NCBI RefSeq assembly: GCF_004010195.1
Contig: NW_025213932.1
Location: 1 to 37,500, forward strand
Length of the DNA stretch: 37,500 bases
Direction: 5' to 3'
From: Chiloscyllium plagiosum
Lineage: Eukaryota
Shown: one piece after another, positions 22,230-33,093 of the stretch
How positions within the stretch are numbered: the stretch's first letter is position 1
Layout: each line of letters starts with the position of its first letter
Position numbers and translations under genes: made by a program
The notes under the pieces: model-generated
Told to the model about the DNA's origin: nothing
The model's input: only the letters and a program-made list of their open reading frames with translations
Databases searched by the model: none

Positions 22230-22689
22230 ATTTTAATTCCTGTTCGAGTTTTCCCTGTATTGAGGAAATATTGAAATTGATTAAAACCAGAATGACCACC
22301 CATCATCAATGTGCCCTATATTTTCTGGGCAGGACATTCCCAACACAAGCACTGACACAATGGAACACAGCGGGAAATGAGTTACTCCTCAACCAGGAAT
22401 GCACAATAGAAGCTGATAGTAAAAGGCAGAGTCACCATAGTATTAGTGGACCATAGAGCTGCTCTGTCACCAGAGAGAGAAAAGACTGGTGGTGGTTTAA
22501 CCTGAGGGTCACCTCAGCTCAGACAAGGAGTGAGGTTGAGAAACTGGAACCTTCATGGTAACCTCAGCCTGTCCAGGAATTGAACTCACACTGTCAACAT
22601 CACTCTTCATGGTAAACCCCTTCAGTCTATCCCTCAGTATCATGAGGCAGAATCCATCAGTGAAGCATCATCAGGGGGGAGAGGTAATA

Positions 22690-22890
22690 ATTAATGAAAT
22701 GGATGAAAGCCAAGGGAAAGCTGACATTCCTGATCATATTCGAGCTGAGGTCTTCAAAGTTGGCAGAGTTTTGATCACGTCAGGACTCCGTGTTCTTATC
22801 CTATGGATTTGGGAGGAAGAGGAATTGAAAGTTGACTTTAGGAATGTAACAACTGTATTTTTCTCCAAGAACGGAGACAGATCAGTAAAA
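22690..22890 (+). mobile_element. Probable RTE-clade LINE fragment
   Basis: ORF 22555..22893 reads GKADIPDHIRAEVFKVG...IWEEEELKVDFRNVTTVFFSKNGDRS. Confidence 0.55.
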
Positions 22891-22891
22891 T

Positions 22892-23620
22892 GATGGAAGG
22901 TGTCATTAACAGTACTGTCAAGCAGTACCTGTTCAGCAATAACCTGCTGATTGACACCCAGTTTGGTTCCACCAGAGCCACCCAGCTCCTGACCTCATTC
23001 CAGCCTCATTTCAAACATGGACAAAAGGTATGAATTCCAGAGGAGATGTGAGAGTGACAGCCCTTCACATCAAGGCCACATTTGACCAAGGAATTTAAAC
23101 AGAACTGAAAGCAGTAAGAGTTGGGAAAGTCCCTCTGCAGGTTGGAGTCAGACAAGGCACAAAGGAAGATGGTTGTGATTGTTGGAGGTCAGTCACCTCA
23201 GCTTCAGGACATCACTGGAAGTGTTCGTCAGGGGAGTATTTCTTAGCCCAACAATTTCAGCTGCTTTATCAATTACTTTCCCACTTCTGACCTAACAATA
23301 GAGGGATGTTCACTGAAGATTATTGAGTGTTCAGCACCATTCGCAGCTCCCCAGTTACTGAAGCAGCCATGTACAAATGCAGCAGAACATGGGCAATATC
23401 CAAGATGGAGCTGACAAGTGACAAGTAACATTCATACCATACAGGTTCTGGGCTATGACCATCTCCAACAAGAGATAATCAAAACATTGCTCCTCAACAG
23501 TCAGTTGCCACCACTGCCTTCTCCACTATCACCATACTGGGACTTGTATTTCTGACAAATTGAACTGGAATAGCCATGTAACTAATGTGGCTGCAAAAGC
23601 AGGTCAGAGGATAGGAATCC
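22892..23620 (+). mobile_element. Degenerate non-LTR RT fragment (CR1/L2 group)
   Basis: MEGVINSTVKQYLFSNNLLIDTQFG...ALHIKATFD...GSVRQGSI remnants. Confidence 0.7.
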
Positions 23621-24643
23621 TCACATCTTCCACATTATGTTCCATTGACCATGTTCTTCCCCACTCACTAAGCCTGTCCAGATCCTCTTGAAATCACTTT
23701 GCATCTCTCTCACAACACATGGTCCCACCCTGCTTTAAATTTGCTGAACCACCTCCTCTGGAGGACCTCATCAAACTTCATCATGCTTAGAGACCTAATT
23801 TTTTTTAAAAATCCTGATAACCCCTGCGATGTCCTGCCTCATGCCCGAAGATCTATGGGTCAGGAATCAGCCTGTTCAGTTTCCTGAGACTAAGGCAGGA
23901 ACCCATGACCCTGAGTAGGCATCAACAATGACAAGGAGTTGTTTCTAATGTTAGCTGGCAGCTCATTGATTTCATTGCTCTTTTAATTCTTGATGAGGTG
24001 TGTCACATCAGGTCTGTATGTTGGATTTTGGTTTAAATCTTTTGATGTGACATTTTTCTACAATCTTTCAACATAAGGATTGATCAAGACAATTCATGGA
24101 TTTCATTGGCTGTTTCCTGATCTTTATGTTCTCTTATCTTTTTTATTGTAAGGACCTGATGGGTGTTTAAAATGTGAAATTTTCATTTTACCACAAAGAC
24201 ACAATCTCCTTAACATGCAAATTCGCATCTGTTATCCCCTTCTGACTCCCTTCTGACTCCCAGTTCTGGTGACATTTTGTCATCTGGTGCCTCAGTATCA
24301 TTTTCAGAAACATTACCCTCAAGTGAAGGGTACACACTCTGATTTCTTTCTGTCACATTTTTATTGCAGCTCATGTTTCTTTGTATATTTAAAAATAATT
24401 GAGCTACAATCGGTCAGGAGTGATATTTTCTTTTTATCAGGATATTCTTTTCCCCACGTTTCTTCAACCAGTTTGAGAAAATTTCTGATGTTTAAATTCA
24501 GTTTTCCATTTCCCACTTCATCCTCCTTGTTACACAAACCATTTACACAGTACATGAAGCACAACACAGTTTATTAATCAAATACCTAAAATTAGTAAAT
24601 TATTTTTCCTAATACTCATGAAAATATTTTTGTATCTTTGTAG

Positions 24644-24676
24644 GATTGAAACTTCAGAAAACATTCATAGAATGTG
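24644..24676 (+). CDS. Butyrophilin-like protein, 33-bp cytoplasmic exon (copy 2)
   Basis: tgtatctttgtag|GATTGAAACTTCAGAAAACATTCATAGAATGTG|gtaaga; encodes GLKLQKTFIEC. The only difference from copy 1 is CTA/TTG, both Leu. Confidence 0.8.
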
Positions 24677-24825
24677 GTAAGAATTTATTATTAAAATGTT
24701 CACAAGACATAAGAAACGTGGATTTTGGAATGATTACAAGTATAATTGAACATGCTTCATTTTAAATATTTTATTATCAGTTGTTAACATATTTTGATGG
24801 TGTGACTAATACAATGTGAGACGAA

Positions 24826-25517
24826 GTATGTAAGTTAGCTCACTGACTGGAAGGTCACCATGACGAGGTAACATCATCAGTGAGAGTCTCTGGTGAAGCG
24901 TTGGTGGTATGTCCCGCCTCTCTATTTACAGGTTTTTTTCTTCAGGTCGGTGATGTCATTTCCAGTTTTTTTTCAAGGGAAGGAGGATGGGACCTAAGTC
25001 AATGTGTTTATTGATGGACTTCTGGTTAGAATGCCATGCCTCTAAGAATTCTCATGCATATCTTTTTTCACCTATCTTGACTGTTGTCCCAGTCAAAGTG
25101 GTATCCTTCTTTGTCTGTATGTATGGAAACGAGTGATAGTGGGTTGTATCTTTTGGTGGCCAGTTGGTGTTCATGCATCCTGGTGGCACGTTTCCTGCTT
25201 GTTTGTCCAATGTAGTGTTTTTTACAATTCTTGCATTGTATCTTGTAAATGACATTAGCTTTGCTGGTCATATCTAATAGATCCTTTAGGTTCATTAGTC
25301 ACTGTTTAAGTGTGTTTATGGGCTACCATGATGCCAAGGGGTCTGGGTAGTTTGGAAGTCATTTCTGATAAGTCATTGATGTAAGGTAATGTGGCGATAG
25401 TGTTTCGTTGCGTCGTGTCAGCTTGTTTGGGTTTGTTTTTGAGGAATTGGTGGATTGTGTTTGTTGGGTACCTGTTACATACTTATCATCAACCTGAGTT
25501 TCAAATCTTCTCAAACA
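24826..25517 (-). mobile_element. Penelope-like element 3' part (paralog of 14107-14832)
   Basis: ORF 25068..25295 reads ANVIYKIQCKNCKKHYIGQTSRKRATRMHEH. Confidence 0.88.
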
Positions 25518-26039
25518 TCGCGAACAATGTGAGACTCTTTTCTTTAAGATCCTCACTCAGGTTTAGTTTATTTTGATCCAGTAATTACAGAAGAAAAAAA
25601 TTGATAGCTTACTTTAAAACATTTTATACTCAAAGAATTAGTTTATTTTTATCGATAATCTGATTGAAATTAAAAATGGATTGAAAATCATGATGGAAAA
25701 AAATTTACAGAATTAACATGCTGAGAAGGAAAATGAGAAATTAATTTGAAAAGATTTCTATTACTTGAATTCCAGCAAATAAATGCTTCAACAATATTTG
25801 CATCAGGATGCTCAAATATATTTCCATTAATTAGTTTCTTATGTGATTGAGATAATACATGATCTTACACCTGACATTGAAAACATTGTGTACCATGATG
25901 ATAATCAAAAGCTGAAAAAAACCTGAATTCTAAGGATGTAAAGTTTGTTTCAAAGAAGTCTCTGACAAAAGCATATCCAAAAGATATTTTGAAATGTGAT
26001 TATTTATTTCAGTCTATTTTGAATTATTTTCAATTGACA

Positions 26040-27156
26040 TGTGAATTGTGAATTTCAGCAAAACCCTGTGAGAAGGTCCCATATGGGAGACAGATCAAGA
26101 TGGTAAAAGCACATGGGATCCAGGGTAACTTGGCATAATGGGCCCAAAATTAGAAGGAGACAGAGGGTGGTGGTAAAACGCTGTTCTCGTGACTGGGGGC
26201 TGCCATCCAGTGGTGTACAATTGGATCAGTACTGTGTCCATTATTGTTTGTGATTTATGTAAATAATACAGATGAGAATGTTGGGGGTTGGTGGGGGTGC
26301 TGATGCGAAGTAAGTTTGCAGATGATACAAAGATTGGCTGGTTGGTTAATATTGAACAAGAAATGTCTCACTTTACAGGAGGATATAGAGGTGTTGAGCA
26401 GATGAGCAGATAATTGACATAGGGGATTTAATCCTGATAAGTGTGAGCTGTTGCATTTCAGAAGAAGCAACAAGGCAAGGGAGTACTCACTGAATAGTGA
26501 GCACTCGGAAGCTGAGAGGAACAGAGGGAACTTGGGGAGCTGGTTCACAGATCCCTGAAGACAGCGGGGCAGGTTAATAGGGTGATGAAGGCAGCACATG
26601 GGACGCTTGTCTTCAACAGTTGTAGCATAAATTATAAGAGCAGGGAGGTCATGTTGAAGCTGTACATGACTGGTTAGGATACTGCATGCAGTTCTGGTCA
26701 GCTCACCATCGGTAATATGTGAGTGCCCTGGAGTGGGTACAGAGGAGATTCACCAGGATGGTGTCTGGGATGGAGCATTGCAGCTATGAAGAGGGGCTGG
26801 GTAGGTTTGTGTTGTCTTCTTCAAAACAGAAAAGGCTGAGGTGGGGACCTGTTAGAGGTGTATAAGGTGATGAGGGCACAGGCAGGGTGGGAGGGAATCA
26901 GTTCTCCTTAGTTGAAGGGTCAATAACAAGGGGAATAATTTTAGGTGAGGGGCGGTATGTTTTCGGTGTCTTTGAGGAAGTCCCTTTTTACCAGAGGGTG
27001 GTGGGAATCTGGGATACACTGCCTGGGAGGGCAGGAGAGGGGGAAGCTCACAACCTTTAAAAACTATGTCATAACATTCAAGACTATGGGCCAAGAGCTG
27101 GAATGTGGGATCAGTGTAGATAGGATGGTGCAGAATCCATGGGCTGAAAGGACTGT
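26040..27156 (+). mobile_element. Degenerate CR1 LINE 3' region (paralog of 15345-16447)
   Basis: Colinear with copy 1; SKFADDTKIG remnant. Confidence 0.85.
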
Positions 27157-27240
27157 ATTACTCAATAACCAATATATGGACTACATTTACTTTTTTTTTG
27201 CAACTTTTCCATTCAACCAGATTCTGTGACAGTTTACAGT

Positions 27241-27579
27241 GTACGGTGGCTCTGTGGCTAGCACTGTGGCCCAACAGGATCAGGGACCCTCGGGTGACTG
27301 TCTGGAGCTTGCATGTTCTCCCGATGTCTGTATCGGTTTCATCTAGATGCTCCAATTTCCTTCCAAAGTCCAAAGACGTGCAGTTTAGGTGGATTGGCTA
27401 ATCTAAATTGCTCATAGTGTCCAGGGATGTACAGCCTCAGCTGATTAACTGTGGGAAATGCAGAGTTACAGGGAGAGGATGGGGTGGTGGGTCTGGGTGG
27501 TGGGTCTGGGTGGAATGTTCTGCACAGGGTTGGAGTGGACCCAGATGGCCTGCTTTCACACCAGAGGGATTCTATGGTT
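27241..27579 (+). mobile_element. Older HE1-like SINE (paralog of 16535-16858)
   Basis: Head gtacggtggctctgtggctagcactg. Confidence 0.7.
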
Positions 27580-27992
27580 CAATGACTGAAAGTACATTTG
27601 GCTTGAAAATGCTTAATACTCACCTTGTGGCTTGATTTATTTTATCTTTCTTAAAATAAATGTTCTTCTACTAAAACAGTTGCTGACCCCTGGGCTAGGT
27701 TGATCTGAGAAAAATGGTTACGAGAGCAAACTATTGTCTGTCCATAATCAACAACAAAAGCTGCAGTTTCAGCTTGAGAGCAGAAACGGAGGAGTTAAAA
27801 AGGGAGACGAAAAGTGTCCATAACAGACTGAGAAGGAACTTGCTCTGACAAAGTTACATATTATTTCTCAGGGACTTCCCAAGCTCTTCATTGTCAATGG
27901 ATTACTTTTGACATGTGATTGACATTGTTAAGCAAATTTTATATTGGTCATAATATTGACTTGTTTAATCTGTTTGAAAAGGAAAAGTTATA

Positions 27993-28089
27993 TTCAGGAT
28001 GTAGGTTTGCTCAGTGAATGGGAAGGTTCATTTTCAGATGTTTTGTCACCATACTAGGTAACATCTTCAGTGAGCTTCCGGACGAAGCT
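27993..28089 (-). mobile_element. Penelope-like terminal fragment
   Basis: Matches 14107-14185 and 16985-17075 (gtaggtttgctc...gtcaccatactaggtaacatcttcagtg). Confidence 0.75.
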
Positions 28090-28564
28090 ATCTTCAATTT
28101 ATAAACAGACTATGCAGTAAAATTTGAATGATAATGCGAATTAAATTTTTTTAAAACATTGACTAAATTCTTTTCTATTTTATAAATCATTGGAAAGCTC
28201 GTGTTGAGCTGAATTTTTGAATTGTACAATGTTACTACACAGCAGGAGGTCATTATGCTGGTCTTGTCTGTGCTGACTCTGCCAGAGCAATTCACCCTTG
28301 CCACTCATCTGCCTTTTCCCAGCAACCCCACAAACTTACACTGTTCAGATAATAGTCTCAATCTTTTTTGAAAGACTTGATTACTTCTGCCACCAGACTC
28401 TCAAACAATAAATTCCAGATCCAGATTCCATGTAAAAAAAGGTTTATCTTTTGATTTATGAGGAAAAAAAGGTGTTCCTTAATTCTCCAATCACCTTGAA
28501 TTGTTGTTTGCTAGTTCTCGATCATTTCACCAATGGGTTCAGTTTCTGTTTGCATCAAAAATAA

Positions 28565-30470
28565 CACATTGACCATTCGATCCTCATTGCCCTGTAAGAA
28601 CACTGCCACTGGCATCAACAGCAGGTTAAATGGCAGATCATCATTTAGTGTTAGCGGTGCAGTAGTACAGGATTCAGGTTGCCAAAGGCACTCTCATGTT
28701 GTTTTGTCAATTCAAAATGTTTGTCTTTCTTTGACAAACTTGTCAAAGCCTCTAATACAGTGTCAAAATTGAGAATGAACTTTTAATAAAATCCACTTGA
28801 GCCAAAATTCTATAAAGTTTCACATTCTGCCTCACGAATGAGAAGTTCTAAGTTGTTTTTGTTTTTGCTGCTGTCAGTGTTTCTTGGCTTTGTCCCACAG
28901 TTTGACTCAGATAAGTCCCTTCTGCTTTGGCAAATTCACCTTTTGGCCAAGTTTCTCAAAGTTGGTTCGTTGTAACCAATCAAGTAGTTTATTCAAGTGT
29001 TGCAAATGTTCTGTCTAAGTTTGACTGAACAGAAACAATTTATCAACAAATATGACATGGTTGTACAGTTCTTTGATGATCTCATTGTTTAATTATTGAA
29101 ATGTTACAGGTGTATTTAAGTCCATCCAGTGTTACATAAGTCACAAAAGCTGATATTTCTTTGGTTCTCCCAGTCAGAACCAATATCCTTTCAACAAACC
29201 ATTTTTTGTCAGTTAATTGCTGAACACTGTACAATTTGTTTTGGCCAGTTCATAGTTTGATTAGTTTTTCTTGGAAACTTGACATTTCGGCTGGAAGTGT
29301 CATTTCTGAACTTTGATTTTTAAATTTTCCTTTTGTTAAATTTAGGTGCTTATTTCATCTCATCTCTGTATGTTTGTTCTCAGGGGCAACCATTAGGCAC
29401 ACTGTAACTAGGGACTTAATTTATCTTGGAAACTGAGACAGTCCTGACTCAAAGCTCTAATCATGATCTTCAAAATTTTATTTATCTTTCTAATGCCTCT
29501 GCGGATGGTAAACAATCGATGTAAATTGTTTTATTCCCAAACCATTCATTATTTCTTTGAATATTTGTGACATAAAATTTGAACCCATTTTTAATTGTAT
29601 TTCCCTGGGTAATTCACAGCTTGTGAAAAAACAAATGAATTGACATTTCCATTACCATGTTAACCATACTTTTCCTTAAAAACACTGCCTCAGGAAATTA
29701 TGTTGAAACATTTGTGTATGTTAAAAGATTCTTTGGTCGTTTTGGTTTTAGATGGGTGTCCTACACAATCTATTAAGATCCTGCCAAGCAGTTCTTTGAA
29801 AGCTGGTATCAGAATTAAAGGCCCAGGTTGAATTGGTCGTTGGGATTTGTTGTTCCATCACATGGGTAGCATGTCTCTCAAAATGTCACCACGTTATAAT
29901 GCAATCCTGCCCAATAAAATTGGTTCAATATATTAATCTATCCATTTCTACTGCCTAAGTGACCTGCCATTTGAATTTTGTGAGATAATCGTAAAATTTG
30001 GTTTCAGTACTGAGATGGAACTACTGTGTATTCCTCATTGGTTGGTATTTCAGGTGGGCTTCATTTCCTCATTAACATTTTGTCTTCTAAATAATAAGTC
30101 AGACATTGGTCCTGATTTGATTTTTGAGGAGATTGTTTGATGTAGCTCTCTCAATTCTGGATCTGTCTGTTGCATTTCTATTGAAGATTGGCTAAACATG
30201 TCACTTTCATTCTCATTTCCTTCCTGTTTTTCATTTCGTTTTTTGTTTTAAAATAGCGTCAGATAACTGCATTTCAATGTCGCCTTTCTTATATTAATTC
30301 TGACCTGAGATCTAGTCACAACAGTCAAGGATCGGCTTCCTGTACCATCTCAGTTTTATTTTTATTTCTGTTGCATTTCCAATCCATTAAAACAACCAGG
30401 TCATTCCCCAAAGTAAAATCAATTCTTTCTATCAGGAGCTATTGCACTATTCTGACTATTGTGATACCAA
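28565..30470 (-). mobile_element. Highly degenerate Gmr1-like Gypsy pol (protease end, integrase, RT, RNase H)
   Basis: On the minus strand, in order: IDFTLGNDL (~30400-30430); LSHKIQMAGHLG (~29955-29990); CYPC...PLILIPAFKELLGRILIDCVG (~29760-29875); IFVDKLFLFSQT*TEHLQHL (~28995-29055, degenerate YIDD); GFY*KFILNF (~28770-28797); VDASG (~28605-28620). Confidence 0.75.
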
Positions 30471-30589
30471 CTGACAATATCACTGGACAAGTCAGATCCC
30501 AGACTGGAACCCTGCTTGACTGATCACAATTTTCTTTGTAATGCTGCAGATTTTGAGGTTTATGAAAATGCAAAAACAGCACATTTCCT

Positions 30590-31595
30590 GCTGAATGGGA
30601 AAGATATAAAGACCCAAAAGAAGCTTATAATAGCGACTAAAGGGATAATGAAAAGAAACTTGTCAGGCATATCCAAATCAATAAGAAGAAATTAATAGTT
30701 ACTAAAAGTGAAAGAGGGTGGTTAGTGTTGACCCACTTAAGACTGAAAGCGGCGATATTGTGGGAAAATGTTGAATAATTATGACACGTCAGTATTTACA
30801 GTAAAGGAGGATAGCTTGCCAGAGGTTTTGAGGAAATTAAGAGTGAATTGGGAACAGGGACTGAATAAAATCAATGTGATTAAAATTGGTAATGAAAAAA
30901 TTCATCAAATTAAAAAGGGACAAATCTCTGGGACCTGAAGGGTGTTAAAGGAAGTAGAGGAATACATTGTCGATCTCTCATTATAATCTGTCAGAGTTTC
31001 CCAAATACAGGAGTCATCCATCTGGATTGGAAAACTGAACATGTCATTCCACTTTTTAAGCAGGGTGAAAGAGGAAAACTGGGGAATTAGAGACCAGTTA
31101 GCACAACATCTGTGGTGGAGAATTTGTCAGAATCTATAATCAAGAATGGGGGAACTGAACATCTTGAGATTTTTCAGTTAATCAGGTAGAGCTAGTATAG
31201 ATTCATGATAGATAGGTCATACCTGACAAACTTCACTGAACCTTTGAAGAGGGATAAAGTTGTAGAAAGAGGAACATCTATGAATGTTTTTTATATGAAC
31301 TTACAAAAGGCATTTGATAAAATTCTGCAAAAGAGACTGATAACTAAGATAAAAGGCCATGGAATTGACAGCAAGTTGCTGACATGGCTGGGAAATTGGC
31401 TGAGAGGCAGGCAACAGAAAGTAGGGATAATGGGTGGGTACTGTAATCAGCAGGATGTGACCAGTGGTGTCCCACAATGATCTGCTTTATGGCCTCAATT
31501 ATTCACATTATTTATTAACAACTTGGATAATGGCATGGAAAGTAATTATCCAAATTTTCTGTTGATACAATATTAGGTGACATTATAGACAGTGT
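30590..31595 (+). mobile_element. Degenerate CR1 LINE ORF2 fragment
   Basis: ORF 31205..31480 reads NVFYMNLQKAFDK...WLGNWLRGRQQKV...VTSGVPQ. Confidence 0.85.
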
Positions 31596-31861
31596 TTGAT
31601 TTGATTTGGTTTATCATTGTCACACGTGCTGAGATATAGTGAAAGGGTTTCTTTTACATGCTACCTAGACAAATTATTTTTTCCATAAATACAGCAAGGT
31701 AATAGAACAGAGTGCAGAATATAGTGTTACAGCTACAGAGAAGATGCAGAGAAAAGTCAACGCTCTTATATTGAGAGGTCCATTCCCAAGTCTGATAATA
31801 GCAGGGAAGAAGCTAGTCTTAAATCTGTTGGTATTTATTTTCAAACTTTTGTAACTTCAGG

Positions 31862-32172
31862 GAAACTTGTCAGGCATATCAAAATCAGGAGGAAGAATTG
31901 AATAGCTACTAGAAGGGAAAGAGGCTGGTTAGAACCAATGTTGACTCACTAAAGTGGCGATATTGTGGGAAAATAGCAGACATGTTGAATAATTACTTTG
32001 TCTCAGTATTTACAGTAAAGGAGAATAGCTTGTCAGAACTTTGAGGAAATTCAGAGTGAATTGGAAACAGGGACTGAATGAAATTAATATGAATAAAACA
32101 TTGGGAATGGGGAAATTATTTGAATTAAAATCCCTGGGAGCTGATGGTTTCTATCTGAGGGTGTAAAGGAAA
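31862..32172 (+). mobile_element. CR1 fragment closely repeating 30656-30953
   Basis: gaaacttgtcaggcatatc...ggcgatattgtgggaaaat...gtatttacagtaaagga occurs in both places. Confidence 0.75.
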
Positions 32173-32360
32173 TTATGGGCTAACTGGTCTGTAATTCCCT
32201 AGTTTTCCTCTTTTACCCAGCTTGAAAAGCAGAATAATGTGCAATTTTTCAAACCTGATGGACAACTACGATGGGAGAGGGTGGGAAGGAGTATAATCGA
32301 GATGGGAGGGGTCTTTGATTATGTTGGCTGCATTCCCGAGGCACTGGGAAGCATAGGGAA

Positions 32361-32551
32361 AAAGTGACGACTACAGATGCTAGAGATCAGAGTTGAAAAT
32401 GTGCTGCTGGAAAAGTACAGCCAGTCAGGGAGATTCCGAGGAGCAGGAGAGTCAATGTTTCGGGCATAAAGCTGTTGATGAAGGGCTTATGCTCGAAACA
32501 TTGATTCTCCTGCTCCTCAGATGCTGCCTGACCTGCTGTGCTTTTCCAGCA
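32361..32551. mobile_element. Short palindromic Penelope-terminus-derived element
   Basis: Arms gctggaaaagtacag...gaggagcaggagagtcaatgtttcgggcataa and ttatgctcgaaacattgattctcctgctcctc...ctgtgcttttccagc. Confidence 0.75.
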
Positions 32552-32626
32552 CTACACTTGTCAATGAGACACAAAGGCAGAGTCAATGAAAGGAAGGTTG
32601 GTTTTTGTGACGGACTGGGCTGCACT

Positions 32627-33093
32627 CTGTCTGGATATATCCCTACCTGGTATGGCAACTGTAGAATTCAAGATCGGAGACGGTTACAGAGAGTGGTGAA
32701 CTCGGCCCAGGCAATCACAAAGGCCAACCTCCCATCTACAGAATCCATCTACCAGGCCCACTGTCAAGGAAAGGCTGCCAGCATTCTCAAAGATCCATCC
32801 AACCCTGGCAGGGTTTTTCTATAACCTCTACCATCGGGGAGAAGGTACAGAGGCCTGAACACCCGCACCAGCTGGTTTCGTAACAGTTTCTGCCCTACTA
32901 TTGTTGGAATACTGAATGGACTCACAAACTCTTAACATTCACCTGTAACTGTGCTTTTTTTGCTGCAGTTTGCCTGTAATTTACTTATCTATGCTACTTA
33001 ACTCTGTGATCTGCCTGTATTGTTCACACGACAAAGCTTTTCACTGTGCCTTGGTACACGTGACAATAAATTCAATTCAATTCAATTCAATTC
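32627..33093 (+). mobile_element. Rex1/Babar 3' end nested in the opposite orientation
   Basis: LSGYIPTWYGNCRIQDRRRLQRVVNSAQAIT...ILKDPSNPG, ending in aataa(attca)n. Confidence 0.82.

Larger units (their letters stand above)
18501..27650 (+). repeat. Segmental duplication copy 2 (TM and 33-bp exon block)
   Basis: Colinear with 9124-16930, with about 1.8 kb extra at 22264-24082. Confidence 0.95.

Noticed and set aside
27680..27717. Candidate micro-exon after ctaaaacag
   Set aside because: The near donor gives 19 bp (frame-breaking), the longer version contains a phase-1 TGA, and the donors are weak.
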